DNA of 20,444 nt from Oligoflexales bacterium (GTDB taxonomy: Bacteria; Bdellovibrionota_B; Oligoflexia; Oligoflexales; Bog-1112): contig JBGCDR010000204.1 in assembly GCA_045105515.1 (NCBI GenBank), forward strand, positions 1 to 20,444, written 5' to 3'. Below the pieces are notes generated by a model. It did no database searches. It was not told the origin of the DNA and saw only the letters and a program-made list of their open reading frames with translations. Position numbers and translations under genes: made by a program. Below, piece by piece: positions 7,735 through 16,733 of the stretch; positions within the stretch are counted from its first letter, which is position 1, and every line of letters begins with the position of its first letter.

Positions 7735-9465
7735 ATGGAAATCCCTATGAGATTTATGTCGTTATTTTGGAATACAATTCTAAATATTGGGCAAAAAAGA
7801 ATGCTTCCTTTACTGATTATTGGAAGCCTTCTATTTAGCCTTTTTGAAGCAGGGGGCATAGGTCTATTATGGATAAATATTGAATTTTTAACAAAGGGAC
7901 TCACGGAGCAATCAATTTCCGTTTGGATGTTGAAATATATTCCAATACTGACGGAAGAAAATTTTTATACACTCATGGGAATGGGTCTGATACTATTCTT
8001 CATAATTAGAATGGTATATATGACATTTTTTACTTTTTTTCAGTATAGCTATACCCAATCAATTTTTAGAAATATTAGTAAACGTTTGATGTATTCGCTG
8101 CTAAATCAGAGTTATCAAAATTATTTAAAAAACAACACCTCAGAATACAAAAGATCTCTTGTGATGGATGTTAATTCTGTTTCAAGCATTGCCATTTCTG
8201 CAATTCAAGTTGCAGCAGAGCTTTTTACATTATTATGTATTGGAGGATTCTTGTTTTATCAGTTTCCTCAGACAATTTTTGTAGTATCTCTGATAGTAGT
8301 TGTTTTCTTTGGTGTGTCATACATTTCTACTTTTGATTACATTAGAAAACTAGGTTCTGAAAAGAACTATTACCTTGGAAAAATAATTAAATCACTCGAT
8401 GAAATATTCTCAAATTTCAAGCTACACAAGATCGATAATACCGAAAGTTATGCAGTTAATAAACTGTCTAAATATACTCTGCCTTATAGCAAAACACAAA
8501 TAAAGTATGGCACGGTTCAATCATTGCCTAGGGTAGTATTTGAAACAGTGGGATTTATTGGAATAACAGTAGCTTTGTTGTTTAATACTATATCTAGTAC
8601 GAATATTGAGCATATCCTGAAAGAGGTTACTATATTATTAATAGCCATAATGAGAATTGTTCCATCTATTAATCGAGTTATATTAGCATTAAATACCATT
8701 TCATTTGCTACTGAAGCCCTTTTCAAAGTAGCAGAATTGCTGAATCTAAAGCCTGAAATATCAGGTCGGATTGAAAATAAGGTAGATTTTAAAAGACTTA
8801 TAGAGGTCAAGGACCTAAGTTTTTCATTCGTAAAGAACAAAAGTATGTTTCGTCACTTGAATTTCAGAATAGAAAAAAGTGATAAAATTGGGATAATAGG
8901 AGCCTCTGGGAATGGGAAAAGTACTCTTATGGATCTTTTGCTTGGTTTCTTGTCGGCTAATGCTGGTCAAATATTGATTGATGGAACTCCTCTAAATAAA
9001 ACTGGGTACCGATCATGGCGATCGCTATTTGGGTATATTCCACAGTCAGTGTTTCTTTACGACTCCAACGTAGCTGAAAACATTTGCAATGGGCTTAAAA
9101 AAAGAGAAATGCGGCTGAATGAAGTTATTGATAAAGCGATGATTAAAAGTGTTCTTGAAAATAGGGAGGGACTAGAGACTGAGGTGGGTGAAAATGGAGT
9201 CCAATTATCAGGTGGACAGAAGCAACGAATTGGTATCGCAAGAGCATTATATAAAAATCCTGAAGTTATTATTATGGACGAAGCCACCTCAGCCCTCGAT
9301 TTACAGACAGAAGCAAATCTAATAGACGAGATTTTTGACGCTGCGATAGATAAAACATTGATAATTATTTCGCACAGAAAAGAAACACTAAGAAAATGTA
9401 ACAAGCTATTTTCAATAGAAAATTATCAGATAAAGCCCATTGAAAAATCTAGTCTTTATATTTAG
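7735..9465 (+). CDS. ABC transporter, fused permease/ATPase (PglK/Wzk-like glycan flippase)
   Basis: Hydrophobic N-terminal TM domain, Walker A GASGNGKS, GYIPQ, signature LSGGQKQR, Walker B IIIMDEATSALD, ISHR. Flippase role inferred from context. Confidence 0.88.
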   Translation: MEIPMRFMSLFWNTILNIGQKRMLPLLIIGSLLFSLFEAGGIGLLWINIEFLTKGLTEQSISVWMLKYIPILTEENFYTLMGMGLILFFIIRMVYMTFFTFFQYSYTQSIFRNISKRLMYSLLNQSYQNYLKNNTSEYKRSLVMDVNSVSSIAISAIQVAAELFTLLCIGGFLFYQFPQTIFVVSLIVVVFFGVSYISTFDYIRKLGSEKNYYLGKIIKSLDEIFSNFKLHKIDNTESYAVNKLSKYTLPYSKTQIKYGTVQSLPRVVFETVGFIGITVALLFNTISSTNIEHILKEVTILLIAIMRIVPSINRVILALNTISFATEALFKVAELLNLKPEISGRIENKVDFKRLIEVKDLSFSFVKNKSMFRHLNFRIEKSDKIGIIGASGNGKSTLMDLLLGFLSANAGQILIDGTPLNKTGYRSWRSLFGYIPQSVFLYDSNVAENICNGLKKREMRLNEVIDKAMIKSVLENREGLETEVGENGVQLSGGQKQRIGIARALYKNPEVIIMDEATSALDLQTEANLIDEIFDAAIDKTLIIISHRKETLRKCNKLFSIENYQIKPIEKSSLYI

Positions 9466-9498
9466 AAACCAACCAATTTGTTAAGGTAAAATCTGGAG

Positions 9499-10812
9499 AT
9501 GAAATATAGAATACTTATATTTAATGACAATACAAAAAGAGATTTACTTGGTCTAAAAATAATCCAAAAAGAATTTATATTGGCTGGTTGTAAAGCGATT
9601 ATCTGCAATCCTGATACTGTGAAGTACAAATTTAGACTGCTGAAACCACACGCTTTTATTGCGGCTAGAGGAGACCATTGGGAAGCAAAAGAAGCTGCAA
9701 AGGCCTGCTTAGTCTACATAGTCCCAGGCGAAGGCGCGCAGCAAACTAAGGAAACCATATTATCGGTATTTATGGGACGTGCATATTGGAAACTAACAGA
9801 TGTTCATTGGATTAAGAAATGTTTTCTTTGGAATAGAGATACGAGAGATTGGTTACTAGATACGAAGCTTTTTAAGAATCATCAGTTAACTGTTTCTGGG
9901 AACACTAGGCTTGATATTTATAGAAATCAAAAAGTCCTAAGAAATTTATTAATAGGTAAACCAAAAGAGTTTGTATTGGGTGTAGCTTTTTCATCAAAAT
10001 CTACAAGTACTTATGATGGTAAGCTTAAGTACGCTGAAAACTATTTTAATATGCATCGGGACTTAAACTTTCCTATTACTCCACCTGGCAGAAATTTTGA
10101 GGACATATGTTGGAGAGATCATATCATTCTCAGATTGTCTATGAGATATATTAAAAGGTTTTTGGATACCATGAATGGAAAAATCATTCTTAGACCAAGC
10201 CCCTTTGAGGACCCAAAAACATTTAGATTTCTTGAAAAACTATACCCTGGTCGAATTTCTATCGAATCAAACCAGCCTTTACCTGAATTTTGCTCCCAGA
10301 TTGACACACTATTAACTTGCTGGTCTACAACTGGCCTCGAAGCATTAATCATGAATAAGCCAGTAATTTCAATTGCTGGGACCATAGATCAAGAGCATCT
10401 ATTTAGACACGTATCGGCAAGGGCAAGCGGATTTGAAGGCTATGTGAAATACTTTCATTATCCGAAAACAGAGCAAGAATTGATGTCTCTCGTAGACTTA
10501 GCGGCTCATAAAAAATTGGCACCATCACCAAGAACAGATCTACCAGAACTTCTAGAGAAAATGTATAACTGGCCGTCAGAATCGGCCGCTTCGAGCATCA
10601 TAGTCGAAAAAATACTTTGCGATTTAAAAACTGATTGTCCTGCTACAGGTTGGAAGAGTACTTTTACATATCCAATCCCAGATTTTATGGCTCCAGTTTT
10701 CTATACGCTTCGAAATTATATACGTTATATAAGAAGCGGTTTTTTTAACACTTACTATGGTTTTCGCAAGGTAAATGATAAGAAAATTTCTAAGCTTGTG
10801 AAGCAGATGTAG
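9499..10812 (+). CDS. Surface-carbohydrate biosynthesis protein, putative GT-B fold transferase
   Basis: 437 aa ORF with GNTRLDIY, ILRPSPFE (RPHP-like) and STTGLEALIMNKPVI motifs typical of GT-B/capsule synthesis proteins. Confidence 0.55.
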   Translation: MKYRILIFNDNTKRDLLGLKIIQKEFILAGCKAIICNPDTVKYKFRLLKPHAFIAARGDHWEAKEAAKACLVYIVPGEGAQQTKETILSVFMGRAYWKLTDVHWIKKCFLWNRDTRDWLLDTKLFKNHQLTVSGNTRLDIYRNQKVLRNLLIGKPKEFVLGVAFSSKSTSTYDGKLKYAENYFNMHRDLNFPITPPGRNFEDICWRDHIILRLSMRYIKRFLDTMNGKIILRPSPFEDPKTFRFLEKLYPGRISIESNQPLPEFCSQIDTLLTCWSTTGLEALIMNKPVISIAGTIDQEHLFRHVSARASGFEGYVKYFHYPKTEQELMSLVDLAAHKKLAPSPRTDLPELLEKMYNWPSESAASSIIVEKILCDLKTDCPATGWKSTFTYPIPDFMAPVFYTLRNYIRYIRSGFFNTYYGFRKVNDKKISKLVKQM

Positions 10813-10964
10813 TGAGAAAGGATTCTAAGGCATTTCAGTATGGATCATTATGCGGGACGAAACGTCAACTTAGCAATGGCGAGCTCTATAATTGCAACAC
10901 TTTTCAATGATTTGGACTAACTAGCTTCCAGCTTAGATATTAACATAAAGTTAATGATTAACAT

Positions 10965-11903
10965 TTATGCAACTGGAAATTCATTAGTATCTAATCTCGA
11001 CATTGTAAGATTATTTTCCTTTTTAAGATCCGCAATTTCAGGTTTTGTAGTGAATGCAAGATGGTATCCTTGATTCGCTAAATGTTCAATAGTATTCTCG
11101 CAAAAGTCCCCATAGGGGTAACAAAAGCTCATTACATTTGGTTTGGAAAAAGACTTAATAAATGAGCTAGATCTTTCTATTTCTTCTTTTCTTGATTCGG
11201 GCGATATTAAAGAGAGCCAATGATGATTATATCCATGGCCACCAATATGCATTCCTCCTTCTAGCATTTCATTTATTTGATCAATCTTAAGATACAATTC
11301 AGCATTAAATTTTTCTATTTCAGAAGATACGATCTTTTTAAAAAGATCGTCTATAACCACCGATCTTAAGTCAGCTGGAAGCGCATGCTGTAACATTCGC
11401 TTGATGTATATCACTTGTGAATTATCGTACCCTGCTGCTTTTCTATATGTAGATCTATACCATGATATTGGTTTAATATCGTGGTGGTCAGAATTTAACT
11501 TAACATAGTTTTCGATCACGTATTCCAATTCATCAAAGATTTCTGATTTTTCTAATATGAAATGAATTTTATTGACATCCATGATATAGGGCTCAAGTAT
11601 AGGTTTGGCAGGTATGAAAAATGAACCTTGTAAACCCCGCTTTTTTAACTCTGGATAGACAAAATTGTAGTGGTCGGAATAACCATCATCAAAGGTTAGT
11701 AGTAATGGGCGTGCAGGAGGGATCGATTTTTCAAAAATGAATGAATTGCAATCTTCCATTGATACTATGTCGTAGTTAGCACAAAGCCAGTCAAGCTGGA
11801 ATTTAAATTCATGCAATTCACGTCCTTTTATATTTGGATATTTTGAATCTTTTATTGGGCGGACGTAATGGTACATTACTATTGTTAAGTTACTTGACTG
11901 CAT
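10965..11903 (-). CDS. Polysaccharide deacetylase (NodB/CE4 family)
   Basis: VMYHYVR, LTFDDG, GGHGYNH, FCYPYG, RLDTN. ATG at 11903 forms a TGATG overlap with the upstream stop codon. Confidence 0.88.
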   Translation of the reverse strand: MQSSNLTIVMYHYVRPIKDSKYPNIKGRELHEFKFQLDWLCANYDIVSMEDCNSFIFEKSIPPARPLLLTFDDGYSDHYNFVYPELKKRGLQGSFFIPAKPILEPYIMDVNKIHFILEKSEIFDELEYVIENYVKLNSDHHDIKPISWYRSTYRKAAGYDNSQVIYIKRMLQHALPADLRSVVIDDLFKKIVSSEIEKFNAELYLKIDQINEMLEGGMHIGGHGYNHHWLSLISPESRKEEIERSSSFIKSFSKPNVMSFCYPYGDFCENTIEHLANQGYHLAFTTKPEIADLKKENNLTMSRLDTNEFPVA

Positions 11904-13564
11904 CAATGACTCCTAAGGGATAAAGGGTCAGGGCCCGATTGAAGAGTTGCCTGAAAACTTTCTCGATCCTTTTGTAAAAAATCTACGTTCAAATTATTTA
12001 GATAGTTGATTAATTCTTCCGCTGAATTAGCAGAAGGGATCTTATAATTTGCGAAAACGCTGGTTTTAGGTAAATCTCCATTTACTACTATAAATGGTGT
12101 TCCCGCTCTAATACATTCCAGAATACCAGTTGTGCTTCCGATAAATACGAAATCAGATTGACGAATTAATGGATAACTTTGTTTGGTACTGATAACTATA
12201 TTTGGTTTTAGTTTATATCTTGCTGATATACTTTCTATAATATTTACTCTACTTGTATACAGTTCATCAGACCAGCAGTGGTGAATTTTGAAATCTACCT
12301 TTTTAACACCAAATTTGGACAAAGCATCGCAAATCAAATCACAGTCAAAAGTAAAGGCGTCCGGACGACCGGCAATATTAGTGGAAGACCAGTCAGGTAG
12401 CATGACAAGAAAATTAGATTGACTATTAATTATGAACGGTTTCATGGGTTCAAGAGGTTTGGTGTTGATTGGATGTGAAACTGTGAGGCTAGATATTCCA
12501 AGTTTTTTATACATAGTGCTTGAAGAATGATTCATTGCTAAAACGTGTGATGGTGAAAACGAACTTGTTGTCGAAGAAACATCTTCTTCCCAGGTCAATC
12601 CATGAGGTAGGTAATCAACAGTAATATCTAAATTTCTCAAACAATATGCAATGAGCCGAGAAGAACATAAGGTTTCTTGATTTTGGATGTGCCTTTTATA
12701 ACCGCTCAGCCTAAAGAAGATATTTAAAGACCGATAAATTTTATCGATGTTCTTAGGTGAACAAATTTCGAAAAAGCGATGAAGTGTCGAATTGATGTGA
12801 ATTAAATCGTAATCGTCAAATTCCGGCCAATTTGATTTGCAAATGCGCAAAGGGAGGTTTTCATCTATGGAATCACTTAGGTCACAGAGAGGTTTATTAT
12901 ACCGCTTTATATTTAGATATCTGCTCAGAATACTGTTTATTACTGTAATGCTCCTGCTCCAGGAGAATAGTGCCCAATCGTAATTGCTGATTAAATACTT
13001 ATTTGGCTCACAGGAGATTTTTTTTCTCGAAATTCTGGCTAATATCCCCGCCAAAATCGTTACCCATACAGGATCTATTGCGCGAATATCAGGTAAATCG
13101 TAAGGTGCAAGGCGAGATAGTTTGCTTCCAGATTTGTCTTCAAAACTCCCATTCAACAGTCTTAGCTGTATCCCGAGTTCACTGCATATCGCCTTAGCGG
13201 CAAGGTTGAGGTCTTCGTCAAAATCAGATGATAGAGTTAAAACTCTGGTTGAAGATTTTGAAAGCCAAGATTTAATTCTCAATTTGTACTGATAATACTT
13301 ACTAAATCGCCATTTGATCTGCTGAATTGATAATGGAGCCCAGCGATTATTTTTTGAATCTGCCTCGCGATATAAAGATTTATCGATAGCTAAAAGTAAT
13401 TTTCGATTATAGTAGTCTTCCAACTCTATTGCAGAAATAAGAATAGTGGCTGGATTAATTTGTCTGGAAGTATATAAATCCAGAGTATTCAATACACAGA
13501 TGCTCTCAAAGCTTTTTAGGTCGATATCATTTCCGGAGGAGCAAAGTATTAATCTTTGGGACAT
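11903..13564 (-). CDS. Hypothetical protein, possible GT-B/capsule-synthesis type transferase
   Basis: 553 aa ORF with GAGG RBS. Weak motifs YLPHG, FKIHH, STTGILECIRAGTP. Translationally coupled to the deacetylase. Confidence 0.5.
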   Translation of the reverse strand: MSQRLILCSSGNDIDLKSFESICVLNTLDLYTSRQINPATILISAIELEDYYNRKLLLAIDKSLYREADSKNNRWAPLSIQQIKWRFSKYYQYKLRIKSWLSKSSTRVLTLSSDFDEDLNLAAKAICSELGIQLRLLNGSFEDKSGSKLSRLAPYDLPDIRAIDPVWVTILAGILARISRKKISCEPNKYLISNYDWALFSWSRSITVINSILSRYLNIKRYNKPLCDLSDSIDENLPLRICKSNWPEFDDYDLIHINSTLHRFFEICSPKNIDKIYRSLNIFFRLSGYKRHIQNQETLCSSRLIAYCLRNLDITVDYLPHGLTWEEDVSSTTSSFSPSHVLAMNHSSSTMYKKLGISSLTVSHPINTKPLEPMKPFIINSQSNFLVMLPDWSSTNIAGRPDAFTFDCDLICDALSKFGVKKVDFKIHHCWSDELYTSRVNIIESISARYKLKPNIVISTKQSYPLIRQSDFVFIGSTTGILECIRAGTPFIVVNGDLPKTSVFANYKIPSANSAEELINYLNNLNVDFLQKDRESFQATLQSGPDPLSLRSH

Positions 13565-13717
13565 AAACCCTCAAAATGCTATGTTTAGTAAAAAAGATGT
13601 CATGGATGAACAGCCAATATGGACAAAGAATCCTCTTTTAATATAATCTGGGTTATAAGATAGGTCTACAATTGTGATTGGTAATTTTAGATATAAAGCA
13701 AATATAATGAGAAAAAA

Positions 13718-14041
13718 ATGAATGAAAATAGTAATTTTGAGTTCATGGATATTATTTTTGATGTTATAGACGAGATAAATGAAACATTGCCGAAAGATGG
13801 CCAATTAGCTAAATCACCTGATACGCCCGTAGCAGCTTTTGGAAGCAGCTTGGACTCACTTGGAATTGTAAATTTTATTCTTTTAACTGAGGAAAAGTTG
13901 CAGGAAAAATTAGATTCGTCAATCACTTTGTTTGACGAGTCATTGCTTGGTAAACCAGAGGGACCTTTTAGTACTGTGGCAAATTTATGCCAATTTGCTC
14001 AAAGTAGGGTTAGGAATCATAGCCATGCTCACTCGACCTGA
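13718..14041 (+). CDS. Acyl carrier protein
   Basis: Acidic 107 aa protein with phosphopantetheine motif LDSLGIVNF and C-terminal PFSTVANL. Overlaps the FkbH gene. Confidence 0.85.
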   Translation: MNENSNFEFMDIIFDVIDEINETLPKDGQLAKSPDTPVAAFGSSLDSLGIVNFILLTEEKLQEKLDSSITLFDESLLGKPEGPFSTVANLCQFAQSRVRNHSHAHST

Positions 14042-15695
14042 GTTACATATTCTTTCTGATTTTAATGTTTCGATATTAGCATCCAGTTTGCGGAAGAATC
14101 TCGAGGCTAAGTATTACATACCAGAGTCACCTTTCGGGCAAGTACTGCAACAAATTAATAAGCCCGAAAATTATTCTTCAAATTGCAGTTTATTGATATG
14201 GACGAGGCCGGAAAAAATTATTAGTTTCTTTAATGACCTAATTAATTACAAAAAGGTACCATTTACAAAAATTCATGCTGAGCTTGATAGATTCAAAAGT
14301 CAATTGTTAAAGCTATCAAAGCAATGTAAATCGGTTTTTTTGCCAAAGTGGTCTATTCCTGCCACTAATCACCAATATGGCTTACTTGACTGGTCACCTG
14401 GCTTCGGTGTTCGTAATGCTTTAGCACAGATGAATATTTCCATTAGCGAGCTTATGGAACTTCAACAAAATATTTATATACTCGAAACAGATAAATGGTT
14501 TCAAAATATAAATTCCGGAGCTCTTTCTCCAAAGATGGAGTATGTAACTAAAGTTCCCTACAAGAACGAAGTTTTTCATAGAGCAGCTGAAGATATCAGT
14601 GGCTTCATCTCATGCATAGATGGGAACCTTAAAAAGGTAGTTGTCTTAGATCTTGATAACACTCTATGGGGTGGTGTAATTGGCGATGACGGCTTGAACA
14701 ATATTCGTTTAGGCGGTCACGACTATATTGGGGAAGCATTTGCAGATTTCCAGCATTGTTTATTAGCCCTTTATAGAAGAGGGGTGCTATTGGCAATAGC
14801 CAGTAAAAATAATGAAAATACAGCTTTGGAAGTGATTGATACTCATCCAGAAATGATACTTAAAAGAAAGCACTTCTCCGGTTGGAAAATAAATTGGGAT
14901 GACAAAGCTAAGAACATTGACCTCCTGGCACAAGAACTAAACCTTGGAATTGATGCATTTGTTTTTATTGATGATAACCCCGTAGAAAGAGACAGGGTGT
15001 CAAAGGCACTACCTAAAGTTCTTGTCCCTGATTGGCCTAGTGATCCATGTAAATATTCTATCGCTTTGAAAGCCATGACATGCTTTGATCAAGCCCAAAT
15101 TAGTCAAGAAGACTATGATCGAGGGGTTATGTCTCGAGAAGAGAAAAAAAGGCAAGTAAGTAATTTACATTTGGATAATTATGAAGAGTGGCTTGTATCC
15201 TTAGACACCGCAATAGAGGCAGAACCGCTTAACAGTAAAAATATTCAGAGGATAGCGCAATTATACAACAAAACCAATCAATTCAATTTATCGACACGAC
15301 GGCTAACATCTGGGGAAATAGAGAAATGGTATGGGCACAAAGACCGACATTTATGGGCATTAAGAGTGAAAGATAAGTTTGGGAATTTGGGCTTAACGGG
15401 TGTTATAGGGTTTGAACTAGCAGAGGGGATCTCCAAAGTAGATGATATGATCTTAAGTTGCAGAGTTATGGGGCGAAAAATAGAAGAAGTTATGTTGCAC
15501 ATTGCATCCAAAATATCCCAAGAAAATGGCTCGGATAAATTGATAATGTGCTACAAAAAGACAGACAGGAATTCTCCTTGTTTAGAGAGTTTGAACAAAA
15601 CTATGCTGAAGAAAATAGAAGAAGATAAATTTATGTGGGATTGCACGCAAGCTTACCCTTGTCCAAACAGCATCAATGTAAATATGTTAGGTTAA
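14025..15695 (+). CDS. FkbH-like HAD-IIIC glyceryl transferase/phosphatase
   Basis: VLDLDNTLWGGVIGDDG, ASKN, INWDDK, FIDDNPVE, KTNQFNL, DKFG..G, LSCRVMGR..E. Start set at ATG 14025, overlapping the ACP stop. Confidence 0.92.
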   Translation: MLTRPELHILSDFNVSILASSLRKNLEAKYYIPESPFGQVLQQINKPENYSSNCSLLIWTRPEKIISFFNDLINYKKVPFTKIHAELDRFKSQLLKLSKQCKSVFLPKWSIPATNHQYGLLDWSPGFGVRNALAQMNISISELMELQQNIYILETDKWFQNINSGALSPKMEYVTKVPYKNEVFHRAAEDISGFISCIDGNLKKVVVLDLDNTLWGGVIGDDGLNNIRLGGHDYIGEAFADFQHCLLALYRRGVLLAIASKNNENTALEVIDTHPEMILKRKHFSGWKINWDDKAKNIDLLAQELNLGIDAFVFIDDNPVERDRVSKALPKVLVPDWPSDPCKYSIALKAMTCFDQAQISQEDYDRGVMSREEKKRQVSNLHLDNYEEWLVSLDTAIEAEPLNSKNIQRIAQLYNKTNQFNLSTRRLTSGEIEKWYGHKDRHLWALRVKDKFGNLGLTGVIGFELAEGISKVDDMILSCRVMGRKIEEVMLHIASKISQENGSDKLIMCYKKTDRNSPCLESLNKTMLKKIEEDKFMWDCTQAYPCPNSINVNMLG

Positions 15696-15703
15696 AATTA
15701 GGA

Positions 15704-16729
15704 ATGAATCCTATAAAAATTGAAATATGTAGAAAAGAAGATACTGACAAGGTGATGGATTTTCTCGGTGAGTACTACCGACCAGGCCACGTTCTTTCAG
15801 TAAATAAAAAGGTGTTTCATGAACAGTATTTTAATCCAACTTCAGGCACATATAATATTGTAGTCGCTAAATCATGTGACAGTGAAATTTTTGGCATGCT
15901 TGGATATATTGAGACAAAAAAATTTGACTCAAGCTTAGAATCAGAAAATTCTTTGTGGTTGGCAACATGGCAAGTTAATCCAAATACTAGAATCCCATCG
16001 CTGGGAATCATGTTATTAAACTATCTGCGTCGGAATAATAAACATAAAAGTATTGCAGTCGCAGGAGTGAACCCCAAGCACGATCGAATGTATAAGGCGA
16101 TGGGATTCAAGGTTATTAAATTTAGGCATCATTATATTCCTAATCTTACGATCAATGATTTTAAAATTGCTCATTTGCCTAAATTAGAAAGAGTAACTAG
16201 TAAAGATCATGACGAATATCGTTTTGAGCTAGCCAATCCAACAACTTTTCTAGAAGAGGCTCCGCAGTTGCATCTTTCCTACGAGCCAAGAAAATCTGCA
16301 AGGTATTTCTTATCGCGGTACTTGTGTAACCCCCTTTACGAATATCAAGTTTATTTCGCAAAAAGGGGAGCTAAAAATATTGGTTACATTGCAACTAGGC
16401 TAGTCCCTCTTAAAGAAGGTAAGGTGATTCGTCTAGTAGATATGCAATTGAGCTTCGAACTGATACCATATTATCGATCCGCGTTTCAGCGTCTGGTAAT
16501 TGAGAATGACTGTGAGTATATTGACCTACTTCAAGTAGGAGTGCCTGCTAAAATGTTGCAAGAGTCTGGTTTCATGGAAGTAGATAAAGATAGCGAGGAA
16601 ATTATTCCTAATCACCTAGATCCTATAGTTAAGATAAATAACTTCGTAACGATATGCTATAAGAATCAAAATATGGAAAATTTCGTAGCATTCAAGGCGG
16701 ATGGAGATCAGGATAGACCAAATAGGTAA
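15704..16729 (+). CDS. Hypothetical protein, probable tandem-GNAT acyltransferase
   Basis: GNAT-like pattern (IFGMLGYI, LWLATWQV...SLGIMLL, MYKAMGF), second lobe IRLVD..CEYIDL, C-terminal KADGDQDRPN. Start set at ATG 15704, 8 nt after the FkbH stop. Confidence 0.55.
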   Translation: MNPIKIEICRKEDTDKVMDFLGEYYRPGHVLSVNKKVFHEQYFNPTSGTYNIVVAKSCDSEIFGMLGYIETKKFDSSLESENSLWLATWQVNPNTRIPSLGIMLLNYLRRNNKHKSIAVAGVNPKHDRMYKAMGFKVIKFRHHYIPNLTINDFKIAHLPKLERVTSKDHDEYRFELANPTTFLEEAPQLHLSYEPRKSARYFLSRYLCNPLYEYQVYFAKRGAKNIGYIATRLVPLKEGKVIRLVDMQLSFELIPYYRSAFQRLVIENDCEYIDLLQVGVPAKMLQESGFMEVDKDSEEIIPNHLDPIVKINNFVTICYKNQNMENFVAFKADGDQDRPNR

Positions 16730-16733
16730 AGAA

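Noticed and set aside
10813..10964. Convergent gap with a 26-codon ORF (10840-10920) and palindrome GTTAATGATTAAC (10950-10962)
   Set aside because: The ORF is too short and has no recognisable motif; the AT-rich palindrome is too weak to call a terminator or binding site.
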